Of a stretch of 64,000 bases of DNA, positions 49,904 through 61,200 are shown one piece after another. Source of the DNA: Diplonema japonicum (Eukaryota; Protista; Euglenozoa: Diplonemea); contig OZ025677.1 of the NCBI GenBank assembly GCA_964019335.1, positions 310,001 through 374,000 on the forward strand, read 5' to 3'. The translations under genes and the position numbers were made by a program. The notes beneath the pieces are model-generated. The model was not told the DNA's origin, did not search any database, and worked only from the letters and a program-made list of their open reading frames with translations. Position 1 is the stretch's first letter, and every line of letters starts with the position of its first letter.

Positions 49904-50680
49904 TTAGAGCTCGAAGGCCCTCACAGTCGGATCGGCACCTTGGCTCAAAAGATATTCAACGACATCTTCCTCTATGGTGCTGAGGAGCGCTGTTCTTCCT
50001 GAATAGTCCTTGGCATCAATCACTGCGCCGGCATCAACAAGAAGCTTTGCAATCTCGTAGCTCGGTGCATAGTGCAGGGGTGCTCTTAGCTTGTTGTCGC
50101 ACAGGCGCACGTCGGCGCCATTGGAAAGAAGTACCTTAACCAGTTCAGCTTTGTTGTGCTTCACAGCAATGTGCAGGGAAGTGGACTTGTCTACACACCG
50201 ATCTGCATTCACATCTGCCCCAAGGCCGATCAGGCTCGCGACGAGCCTAACATGTCTATGAAGGCACTTGTGCAGCACAGTCTCCCCATTCTCGTAAGTT
50301 TCGAGCAGTGCCGGGTTGCTCTCCGCAAAGAGCGACAGCACAGAAGTATTACAAGGAGCACCACCACCAGTTACGCCTAAAACCCGCATGAATTCATTAA
50401 ATGTAGGAAACAATCCCATCTCACGTAGATGCGCAGCTGCGCGTGCTGCCTTGTCCACCCTCACTACCACCTCATCACCGTCGCTGAAACAATGTCCGCT
50501 TATTGGTAAAGTCATATCCCTTAATATCTCCTCTTCATGAACCAACACAAACATTCCTTTTGACAAACCACAAGCAGAGGCTGCTTTCAAGGCAAGGTCT
50601 CCCATACACTGCTTCCCCGCTATCTCCACATCAGCAGCTGATGTCTCCCCTTCCACACGGAGGGACAGTGAGAGCGACAT
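49904..50680 (-). CDS. Ubiquitin-like domain + ankyrin repeat protein
   Basis: Ubl-like N-terminus ending FSDGDEVVVR. Ankyrin motifs GETVLHKC, STSLHIAV, APLHYA and GRTALL. Same architecture as 21437-22611. Confidence 0.85.
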   Translation of the reverse strand: MSLSLSLRVEGETSAADVEIAGKQCMGDLALKAASACGLSKGMFVLVHEEEILRDMTLPISGHCFSDGDEVVVRVDKAARAAAHLREMGLFPTFNEFMRVLGVTGGGAPCNTSVLSLFAESNPALLETYENGETVLHKCLHRHVRLVASLIGLGADVNADRCVDKSTSLHIAVKHNKAELVKVLLSNGADVRLCDNKLRAPLHYAPSYEIAKLLVDAGAVIDAKDYSGRTALLSTIEEDVVEYLLSQGADPTVRAFEL

Positions 50681-51080
50681 ATTGAGTACCGTGTAATGCA
50701 ACGAATTCTACTGAAAGAAATAGTTGTACAATACGTGTTAAGGCGAATAACAATGAAAGGAGCGTCAAGGGGGAGGGATGTAAAAGAACAGGACAAGCAA
50801 CGATTAAGGGCTTGAAACACCACACGATAAAAAAAGAGATAAGAAAGCACATAAAAATAAAACAAAAGAAAGTCCTGTACGATGAAATAAAGTAAAATAA
50901 AATCTACCGCATTCAAAAGAGAAATGTTTTTCGCCAGGAATTTAATCTAAAATGGGAAATACGTTCACCATGAGCCAATCTTCGCCATTCTTCCCATCCA
51001 GAAAAATATACTCAGTTACCACCACGCGCGCGAATCTTCTTTCCGAATACTGTAAAATAAAACTAACTAAAATACAAGCT

Positions 51081-52721
51081 CTACGGGTTGTTGTTGTAGC
51101 CCAGCTTATCCCACATGTCGCAGGCATCGGTATAGAGGTTCGTCTTCATGGAGATCGGGGTAGTGAGGTCCATGTGGTTGTCGGTGCCGGTCTTAGTGTC
51201 CTCGTTGTAAGTGTATGGTTCCCAGGAAACACACGAGGGGCAGTTCGGGTAGCCGTCCTTCGGGAGGGACGTCCAGAAGCCGCTCATTTTGTCAGACAGC
51301 ACGTAGTCAGAAGTTGTCCAGTTTGTCCCCTTGCTCGCCAGAGCGAAGACATATGGGATCTCCGAGCTGTGGTAGTCCCCCGTCTTGTTGTAGGCGGGGC
51401 TGTTCAAGACCTGTGTGAACTGGTACTGGAAAGCAGGCGACTTCCTCCCAGGGTGCTTGACAATGGCACGGAGCAGGTGCCTCGTCGGGCATGTGAAAAT
51501 GAAGTCTCTCAGAATCCTGTCCATGACCTGCGTGAGGGACATACTGTTCGTCTGGTAGAAGTCAGTAACTGTCTTGGCCGTGGACTCGTTCAGGAAGTGC
51601 CTCAGAGACTTCTGGAACCCTTCCGGCGTGAGGGGGTACACCACAGGGATGGGGTCGTTCACTACGAGCACCACACCGGGAACGAAGATGGTGCCTTCAT
51701 CCTTGTTGGTTCCTATGATGAGCGGGACGTCAGCTGTCTGCCCGTTCAAAGCCATATCGATGGGGGACTCGGGCAACGCCCTTCCGTCAACGACAGGCCA
51801 CCAGTTCATGATGGGAGCTACCCTAGGCATGATACCTGCTTCAGCTTTCGGGTATGCCTTCCTCCATGCGAGGAGGGGCGACAGCACGTCGTCGAGGGAC
51901 AGTGAACGGAGGCAGTCCAGCTGCGAGGGCCCTGCAGAGCAGTTCACGTGCTGTGAGTAGAACTCACCAAAAGTGGTAGCATTCTTGTACGAGTACCACA
52001 TGATGTCAGACACCGGGAGCGAAGACTCGGCGATAGCACCGTGGAAGAGGCCACGCGACCCAGGCATCGAGATCTGTGCCACAATAGAGCAGCCGCCTGC
52101 AGACTCCCCAAAAATAGTCACCTTGTCCTTGTTGCCGCCGAATGCCTCGATGTTCTCTTGAACCCACTTAAGGGCGAGCTGTTGGTCAAGAAGGCCGTAG
52201 TTACCGGTGGTGTTGTGCTCGTTCATGAGGGACTGCAGTGCGAGGAAGCCGAGGTTGCCAAGACGGTAGTTCATAGACACAACTATGACATTGTGCTTCC
52301 TTGCCAGCTCTTTCCCGTTGTAGTCGCCGCCCTGGTCGTCGCCACCGAGAACGAAGGCACCGCCATAGATCCACACCATCACGGGGAGCTTCTCGGTACG
52401 GAGCGATGGCCTGTAGACCTCTAGCGTCAAGCAGTCCTCCTTGCCTGTGAATATATTTTTTGTGGCATGCATCTGCGGGCAGAATGGCGTTTGCTCTAAC
52501 CCCGTGACAATGGTCTCGTTCCAAGGTCCCTTCTTCACAGGGGGGCTGAACCTCAACTTCCCTAGAGGGGGCTCAGCGAACGGTATCCCGTAGAAGTACT
52601 CTGTGCCTTCTTCCACACTGATCCTCCCCTTCACAGCGCCCTGCTTCGTCATAACTTCGGGTCCTGGAAGCTGCCCAGCACACGTCCCTACGAGGACTGC
52701 AAACATAGCCTTTGCGAGCAT
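51081..52721 (-). CDS. Secreted type-B carboxylesterase (alpha/beta hydrolase, cholinesterase-like)
   Basis: GIPFAEPPLG.LRF, EDCL.L.VY, WIYGGAF, GESAG nucleophile, NKDEG (Glu), DYHSSEI (His) and a signal peptide. Confidence 0.96.
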   Translation of the reverse strand: MLAKAMFAVLVGTCAGQLPGPEVMTKQGAVKGRISVEEGTEYFYGIPFAEPPLGKLRFSPPVKKGPWNETIVTGLEQTPFCPQMHATKNIFTGKEDCLTLEVYRPSLRTEKLPVMVWIYGGAFVLGGDDQGGDYNGKELARKHNVIVVSMNYRLGNLGFLALQSLMNEHNTTGNYGLLDQQLALKWVQENIEAFGGNKDKVTIFGESAGGCSIVAQISMPGSRGLFHGAIAESSLPVSDIMWYSYKNATTFGEFYSQHVNCSAGPSQLDCLRSLSLDDVLSPLLAWRKAYPKAEAGIMPRVAPIMNWWPVVDGRALPESPIDMALNGQTADVPLIIGTNKDEGTIFVPGVVLVVNDPIPVVYPLTPEGFQKSLRHFLNESTAKTVTDFYQTNSMSLTQVMDRILRDFIFTCPTRHLLRAIVKHPGRKSPAFQYQFTQVLNSPAYNKTGDYHSSEIPYVFALASKGTNWTTSDYVLSDKMSGFWTSLPKDGYPNCPSCVSWEPYTYNEDTKTGTDNHMDLTTPISMKTNLYTDACDMWDKLGYNNNP

Positions 52722-55617
52722 CTTGTGTATGTCTTAACTGAATATGCTTCATTGTCAGAGTATGAGAAATGGGTCATATGTAATGTTAAAGAGAGAAATA
52801 GAATGGAAAGGAAAGAAGGAAACAAAAAGAAAATAGAAGAAAAGCCCTCGTGTATCCAAAGGTTTCGTGAAATAAAAAAAAAGGGGGGGAGGGGAGGAAA
52901 GGAAAGTGGCTATAAGAAACTTCCGTAAAAAACAAATGAAATTATAATTGCGTTCATTTCGTTTTTCTTCTGCAACAAGAATTGAATGGAAAAGTAGTAT
53001 AAATGGAATATACTTGGTTCACCGAACAAGTCCTCCGTGGGAGCGCGCGTCTTATCCCATTTCTGCTTGCTCTTGCGCGCTGATGCCAAAGAATATCACC
53101 TGGAACGTGCATTCGCTGGGCCCCACGGAATACTGCCATGCAGTGCGCTTTAACAAAAAGAATGTCGAAGACCTTTCGTTTTACAGTAGAAAAGTCATGT
53201 GTGTTCCTGCTGCGGGTGGTAGTTGCACGTGCTTATGTTTTCTTTTTCGTTTTCTTTTCAAAGGCGAATTAACAAAATAAAAGGGTCTTGGGGGGAGTAA
53301 AAAAAAGACTCTGTAAAAGTCGCTGTAAATGAAAAGAGCGAAAGCTATTGGTATACTTATATGGTCAATTATTCGCTATTTGTCACGAAGCTATTTTCTT
53401 TTTTCTTTTCACCTTGTCATAGAGTGGCTATACAAACTAAACTATGGCAATTTTTCTCTCTGGGGACATTTCTTGGCATTGTCCTCTTTGGTACAAAATA
53501 AAAAAAAAAAGGGAATTTCAAGATTTGCTTGACACGATTTGTGACATATACGAATACTTGACTGTTTATAGTCTAGAGAGGGGGGGGGGGGGGGGGCATT
53601 AACCAAAAGATATTTTCCTTTCTTTTTTTTTGGCTTTTTTCCTTCCACACTTTTCCCCTTGACCACTTGGAAAAAAAGGGGAGAGAAAAGAAAAGACCAA
53701 GAAGAGTCACTGGCCTTTCTGCGCGCCTAGATTTGGAGAAGTTTGTAACCCGTAAACACGTTTTCAATGCCCCCCTTTTTGAAAAAAGAAGAAAATGAAT
53801 TGTTGGGAGAAAAGAAAGGTAATGTCGCATTTGAGTTCGCGCCCTTAATAGTTCCACACAAGATATCACGCAACTACAAGAGAAAAAAAGAGGCGGAATA
53901 AATAAAAAAAGTAAAAAAAAAAGAAAAAGAGACTTTTTAAGGGTGCCTATAGGCCCTGCTCAAGCATCGTCTACTTGATTACAGGGGGCGCGCCTCGGCC
54001 TAGCTTCTTCTGCGTTCCGCGTCGTGTCCTTATTGCGTGCGGTGTGCAACTCAACCCCAGCCAGGGCGCCCCTGATAACCAAGATTCTGAGCCCAGCTAT
54101 TATCACAACAGATAATTGTATTTTACGTCACTCGAGCAAAATAAGAAATTCACGAGCGAGTTCTTTTCTTTTTTTCCAAGAGAGTGAAGTGACATAAAAT
54201 GTATTGGAGGGTGTGTTTTCATTTCAGAATCCCTAAATAGGAAAAAAAAATCAAAATCCAAAATCTTGCAAAAAGAAAAATTAAAAAAAGAAAAGTCTCA
54301 TGCCCACCCCAATTCGAACCGGGCTGAAAAAACGAAAAATAAAAAAAAAGAAAAAATAAAAAAAGAAAAAAACTCAAATTGAGCTCCCTGAGACGAAGCT
54401 GCATGCCCTAAAAGGGGTGGGGGTATGGCCAGTACTAGGTCTCTCAGTTTCGGTCAAGTCTCGCGAATCCTCCAGGTGCTAACCTCATCAGGCGAGAGGC
54501 ACCCTTCAACGGAAAAAAGAAAAAAACGGGTTCACGGAAAGATTTGAAAATACCACCGCCTGAAATAAAATCTGAAAGAATAACGTTTCCCAAATAATAT
54601 GAACGCAGAAAGAAAAAAAAAAGAGATAAAGGAGGTTCCTGTTTTAAAAAAAAAAAAGAATGGGACGCACAGAGCGTAAAGGCTGCTGGTGCCTTTCACC
54701 AACAAACTTCACCATGGCGGGTGACCTATCTACCTTCAGAAATCCATGTGGGGGGGGGGGGGTCCTTCGAAAAAAGCACTACTTTATTCTTTTTTTTTTT
54801 TGCCATTGGGTATAACATCGAATCACTAAAGATGGACTTGTCCGAAAATTTATACATATAAAAAAAAAAAACTCGTGTTACTTTCTTTCTGGGGGGGAAA
54901 AATCAACGTTTTTCAGAAGAAAAATAAGGCGATCTAGGAGATGTTCATGTTGACGAGCAATGTGAAGGCGGGACCTTCTTTTTTGCGTGGGCTACTGAAC
55001 GTGACCAAAAACACCCCCAACAAGCTGAAGTTACTGAAAAACGTTGTTTTTTACCTTTTCTTTTTTGCTTTTTGGGCGCACAAAATCGTTAAGAGCGCTT
55101 TTGATTCGACTACATACTTCACACAGCAACTAGACCGGGCGAGGGAACATAAAGAGAGGGAGGGTGGAGAGGGGTTCACCAAAAGGATAGAAGCAGGCCT
55201 AAAAACCTCCAGCTGGCTGAGCACAGCTCAATCACAGCCGGGGGGAAGTCAGGTATGTAATTATTTGTGTTTTCGCAAAAAAAAAAAAAAAAAAGAAGAA
55301 GAAATAAAATAAAATAAACTAAATATATACTGTAAAAAAAGCCGTGGGGTGTGACGGAGAGCGTGGCAAAGAGGTGGCCTATCAAATCAGCTCTATTGAT
55401 GTTCCTTGCCCGCTCCCCCTCCTTTCTTTCGCTGTATTTCTCCCGTTTTACAGTATAAAAAAAAACCAAAACAAAATAAAAAAGTAACAAATCCGTATTT
55501 CATTTCGCTCGTCCTCAAAGCAGCACGGTAGTACCAGCTTTCCCCTTCCCCTGCGTACAGTAAGCAGAAAGAGGAAGAGGAGGGATAAAAGGGAAAGAAG
55601 AAAAAAAAAAAAAAGAC

Positions 55618-55802
55618 TATGAGCTCGTCTGGAAAAAAGATGTCCACACTTTTCTTGATTGAGGGTCCAAAACTTCTATTTAAAAAGGGGAAGAACGCAA
55701 CCAAAAGGCTTCAGGTGGCGATGCTTGTTTCTACAGAAGTCCGAAAGAAATGTACTGGGGTGCAGGGTCATTTGTAGACATTCCTTTCCGGGCGAGCTCA
55801 CA
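55618..55802. mobile_element. Short MITE (~185 bp), TATGAGCTCGTC-TIR family
   Basis: tatgagctcgtctggaaaaaagatgtccaca ... tgtagacattcctttccgggcgagctcaca form an imperfect ~30-bp inverted repeat matching the ends of 57293-58079. Confidence 0.7.
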
Positions 55803-56349
55803 TCGAAACAAACAGAAAAGAAAAGGAAACAAAAAGCAAAGACGCGATAATAGGAAAAGAGTAGTTCACATGAAAGGGATATTCTGATTTCTTTTTTCAA
55901 TTTATTTATTTTTCTTTATCGGCATTATTCTGATTTTCTTCTTATTGAGAAGCAGTCCTGAATCCTTCAAGAGGCTGGGCAGTGGGTGGTAATAACGGGG
56001 GGAGAAACCTTTAACAATGCAAAAATAGATAAAAAAAGGGAAAAGAAAGTATGAGAGTGCCCCTGCAGCCTCAGCGCCAATTCTTTTCTGAAATGCATGA
56101 GATGATTCTGGATAAAAAGCGTACAAAAAAAAAAAAAGAAGGAAAGAAAGAAGAAAAAGAAGGGAAAACAACGTAGTTGTTGCTTCTTCTGGGGTGTTAG
56201 GTTCCAAGGTGGAAATCTAAACACTGCAAAAAAAGAGTTACTAAACGTTGTTTTCCTCAAAAAAAAAAAAAGAAGTAGAAGAATTTTTAAAAAAAAAAAA
56301 AAACGTCTCGCATTTTCTTCTTTTTGTTGAGGCTTGCAACATTTGATAA

Positions 56350-56688
56350 CGCTTCATATCCGCTAGTGACCCGGCACAGCCATTGCTTTTTCTAGGGATG
56401 GAACGGATTTATATGTACCCGGGGCCCAATGTCCGACATATGAAATTCTTCTTGTACTAAAGTTCTTTTGTACAATGCAGTTTTGGTGGAACCTTGTAAT
56501 TTTTCGTCTTCCTTGGAACTCACCGTTCTTTGATGTCCAATATATATTACATGGATCTTTTGGGGAAAAAAAATCAATGAACCTTTGGGCGACCTTTGCC
56601 ATTTTTCGAGGTTTTTAATAAAATTCCCCCTTTAAAACCCCTATGACCAATTTGGACATAGGCCGGGTCATTTAGCGGATATGAAGCG
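56350..56688. mobile_element. 339-bp MITE with ~26-bp TIR and TAA target duplication (PIF/Harbinger-like TSD)
   Basis: cgcttcatatccgctagtgacccggc and gccgggtcatttagcggatatgaagcg. TAA at 56347-56349 and 56689-56691. Confidence 0.85.
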
Positions 56689-57292
56689 TAAATTTCGGTG
56701 TGCGGGTGGGTGCTCACCGTTCAGGGAGAAATTCACACTAATCGGTCACCGTGCTGCGGTTGCTGTCTGGTGCCTGCTGTGGAAAAAAAAAAAAAGAGTC
56801 GACTGATTGTTTGTGCAAGCCGGTCGCAGCCGGCAGCACAGTCCGGGTCCGCCGGCGCCGTGGGGGCCACCTCCGGGTATAGCATAACCGACAACTCCGA
56901 CGGGTCGATGTCTGCGCAAGCCATATTTTTGTTTGTGCAAGCCGTTTTCACCTACAGTAGGGATAAACGGACAAGCTGCCTCTACTCTTTTTTGCAATAA
57001 CAATTCTTTTCAAAAACTTGTTTACTTGTTCCAGCAAAAAAAAAATGCCAAAAAATATATATGCAGGAGGACGAGGTGTGGTGTCCCCGGGCAACCTCCT
57101 AAGAAAAAAAGAAACTTAAGAGTTAAAGGAAGTCTTTCCCCCCAAAAAAAGAAAAGTAATAGCCGTTTTGGTTTCAACTCGAGCAAAGAAGTGTGAGAAG
57201 CATAAGACAACGTAAAACCTAATGAAGTGGAATTCCTTGCTCGGCACAAAAGATGACCAAGTTCTAGTTAAATCATTTTTTGCGCTTTTATA

Positions 57293-58079
57293 TATGAGCT
57301 CGTCCGGACTAAAATGTCAACACTTTTTTTGGCAGTTACGAAAACTTCTTGTTTTGATTATTTGAGCAAAAAAAAGGGCAGCATGCAACCATAGAAAGGT
57401 GACATATGGTGTACCTGTTGCCGTTCTTTCAATTGCGGTGCTTGTTTTGCCATAAGGGCGGCAGGCTTTGCAACCGGCTGCCCCGGCGAAGCGAAAAACA
57501 GAGGTCAGAAAAACGGCGGAAAATGTTTAAAATGCAATTTTATTGCTTAAATGCAGCATCTAGGGTGCCTAAGAGTGGTGATCACTCGCGCACTTGTGAC
57601 CCCTGGGTTACTGTTAAAAGCACCCCGAAAATCCGGTTTCTTACACCCTATTCTTTGGCTTTTTCAAGGGTTTAAGGAAGGAATTTTAGCCTTAATAGGC
57701 CAAAATGGCACTGTAAGGGTAAGTTCTCCCCACCCCATTTTAGAGTCCAGACCACTCAAAATGACCCCAAAGGTTTCACAGATTTGCAATCCGCGTCCAT
57801 TCCTCCTGTCGCTTTTCACGGAAAAAATGGAGTCTGGGTTACTTGTTACTTCCAAATTGAATCGTTTGCCAAAAACCAAAAGAAACCATTCTAAAAAACA
57901 TGTTTTTGCACGCGTTTTAAAAATAAAACAAACGGCGAGCATTTCGACCTATATGGTGTACAAGCTTAGACTCTGCACACAAAGTTGTGTCGGACTATTT
58001 TTTTAGTTAGAAATTTAACGGGGGTTTTCTGCCGCATAGGAGGGTCATTTGTTGACATTCTTTTCTGGACGAGCTCATA
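57293..58079. mobile_element. 787-bp non-autonomous TIR element, TA-flanked (Tc1/mariner-like TSD)
   Basis: tatgagctcgtccggactaaaatgtcaaca ... tgttgacattcttttctggacgagctcata, with TA on both flanks. No transposase ORF. Confidence 0.82.
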
Positions 58080-58204
58080 TACAAAAAAAGAAAAAAACGC
58101 ATGAGTTAAAGGAGGTTTTTGTGAGACGCCCCCTTGTTCTCATCACTCACCTTTAAAAGAAATAGACAGCGACACATGTCACATAAAACCTTCAAAAGAA
58201 AGTA

Positions 58205-61200
58205 TCAAACAACAACAATAGATGTCTTGCGGGACAAGGAGCTTGTTGGCTGGAGTAGGAAGCTCTCCGAGAGCCCGTTCTCTCCTGTAATGGCGCCCCT
58301 GTACCTTCTGAAGGATGAAATACTGCTTCGCGACATTCTGTTAGAGGGTGTTGGCGTTGCTGAAGGTGTGGGCGTGCTGATTGTGTTCGACAATGGTGTC
58401 ATGATGTCCGTCTCCAACGAGAGGTGCCGCGACAGAACGATGTTGACCGGCGTCGTCTGACAAGCAGGCACAGAGACAGACGCCGCATTCTCTTCCCACA
58501 CCTCAGCCTGGAGCTTGGACCTTCGATTGACAACAAATATGTATATCTCCGTGCAGACGTCAAAGGAGATCTTTATGATAAGTACCACAGCAGCTGCCAT
58601 GTATAGTGTGGCAGCTACCTTGTGTGACCAGTTCCCGTCCATGTCGTGCCCTTGGAAGAACCCGATGGACATGAGGACCAGCCCCGTCCCTTGCATCCCC
58701 AGACTCACAAAGTCCAACACGCAGTCTCGCATCCTGGCATGCGGCCAGATACACGCTTCCAAAGCTAGCAACAAAAAGAAAACAATAGCCATCGCCATCT
58801 TCACCCAACCGCACTGCTCCAGAGAATCAACCGGCACCGCTGCGATCCCCGCCAGTGTGAAGGACGACGCAAACTCGATCACAGAAAACCAACTAGCCGC
58901 CTGGAGATACGGACGTGTCACCGACGCATATCTGTTGATCCAGTGCACCTCAGAGCAGACGCTTACCCATTCGCCAGCACCTACGATGGCAACGAGCTGT
59001 CTTGGAAGCGGCTTTTTGTCGATGCGGTACACAGCCTTGCTGGGGATGTCTCTCTTGATGATAAAGAAGATGAACACCGGCACAGTGCAGCACACCAACA
59101 GCGCGACGACGCCGCCCACTATTTCCATCACACTGCGGGACTCTATCAACATCATAATCCCCCCCAATGCCGTCCCCTGGTAGAGCGCCTGAAATATCGC
59201 TAACTGGGCAGAGGGGAACCTAATGAACCCCCGCGTGTCGAGCCCCTCCTTCATCTTGGTGCACAGCCCAGTGCCTGCTTTGCTGAGGACAAACAGAGTA
59301 ATCTGTGCCACTAACGTGACACCAGTGATGATGCACAGGTTTCCCACAACAGCACCTGCCGCGTGGCTGCCCCATGCACTGATACCTGTAGGGTGCAAGG
59401 CAAATGGAAAAGCCCTATCATCTTTCATTGTGCACCGCCCGTTGATCAGAACAAGTCTTGTTGCTGTGCCAGCACCTCCAGAGAGGCCAAGTGCCCCAGC
59501 AGCGGCGGCAACACTTCCCATGGTGCTCACGCCCTCAGCTTCAGATGGCTCTGTGATGGAATCTGTACCCTCCATTGGTATAGTCATAACCGTAGCCGGT
59601 GGCTGCGTGGCAGGGGACTGCGTTGTGTTCGGCGACATTGTCTCAGGAGATGTTGGGCTTGGAGTGGGTGGCACACCAGGAATGCCCGTTGATGGAGCTT
59701 GCGTGACTGGGGACTGCGTAGTAGGTGCTTGAGTTGCTGGAGCCAGCGTAACAGGGGGCTGGGTGTCTGGAGGTTGCGTAGCAGGAACTTGCGTGACAGG
59801 AGGCTGGGTATTGGGCGCTTGTGTCAAGGGCGAAGAAGTCGCAGGGGCCTGGGTTGATGGGTATGCGGTAACAGGAGGCTGGGTGTCGGGTGCCTGGGTC
59901 TCTGGTGCTTGTGTTGCAGGGGCCAGTGTATCAGGTGACTGAGTTATGGGGGCTTGTGTCAGGGGAGACGAAGTCGCAGGGGCTTGGGTTGATGGGAATG
60001 CGGTAACAGGAGGCTGGGTGTCGGGTGCCTGGGTGTTTGGCGCCTGTGTTGTAGGGGCCAGTGTATTAGGGGGCTGAGTATCGGGTGCTTGTGTCACGGG
60101 TGCTTGTGTCACGGGTGATTGTGTCACGGGTGATTGCGTTGTCGGTATTTGTGTTTTAGGTGCTGAAGTGGCAGGAGGCTGCGTTTCTGGTGCAGACGTC
60201 GGTGTCTGTGTAACAGGAGTCTGGGTATCGGGTGCTTGTGTCACAGGTGACTGAGTTGCTGGTGCTGATGTGAAAGGTGCGGGAGTCGGGGGCACGCCAG
60301 GAATGCCAGTCGGAGGTGCGTTAGTTGCTGGCGCCTGCGTAACAGGGGCGAGAGTCGGGGGCACACCAGGAATGCCTGTCAGAGGTGCTTGCGTGGCAGG
60401 TGCTTGTGTTGGAGGTGCACTAGTTGCTGGTGCCTGCGTAACAGGGGCGAGAGTAGGGGGCACACCAGGAATGCCTGTCAGAGGTGCTTGCGTGGCAGGT
60501 GCTTGTGTTGGAGGTGCACTAGTTGCTGGTGCCTGCGTAACAGGGGCGAGAGTAGGGGGCACACCAGGAATGCCTGTCAGAGGTGCTTGCGTGGCAGGTG
60601 CTTGTGTTGGAGGTGCACTAGTTGCTGGTGCCTGCGTAACAGGGGCGAGAGTAGGGGGCACACCAGGAATGCCTGTCAGAGGTGCTTGCGTGGCAGGTGC
60701 TTGTGTGGGAGGTGCGCTAGTTACTGGTGCCTGCGTAACAGGGGCGAGAGTAGGGGGCACACCAGGTGTGCTTGTTGCTGGTGCCTGCGTAAACGGAGCA
60801 GAAGTAGCAGGGGCAAGAGTTGATGGTGCTAGTGTTGCTGGTGCTGACGTGGGCATAGCTGTGAGAGGTGCGAGAGTCGGGGGCACACCAGGTATGCTAG
60901 TCGGTGGTGCTTGTGTGGTCGGGGGCTGCGTGTCGGGTGCTTGTGTCAGAGGAGATTGAGTGTCTGGTGCCACCGTGTCTGGTGAAATCGTTGCTGGTGC
61001 TGGTGTATCGGGAGATGCAGTGTCTGGTGCTTGTGTGGCTGGTGCCTGAGTTGGAGGCACACCAGGGGTGCTCGTTGCCGGTGCTTGAGTAGCTGGGGCA
61101 GGTGTCGCAGGTGCTGGCGTTGCAGGGACAGGTGTGGTCGGGGCAGACGTAATGGGGGTAAGAGTTGGAGGTACCAGCGTGGCAGGCACTGAGGTCGCAG

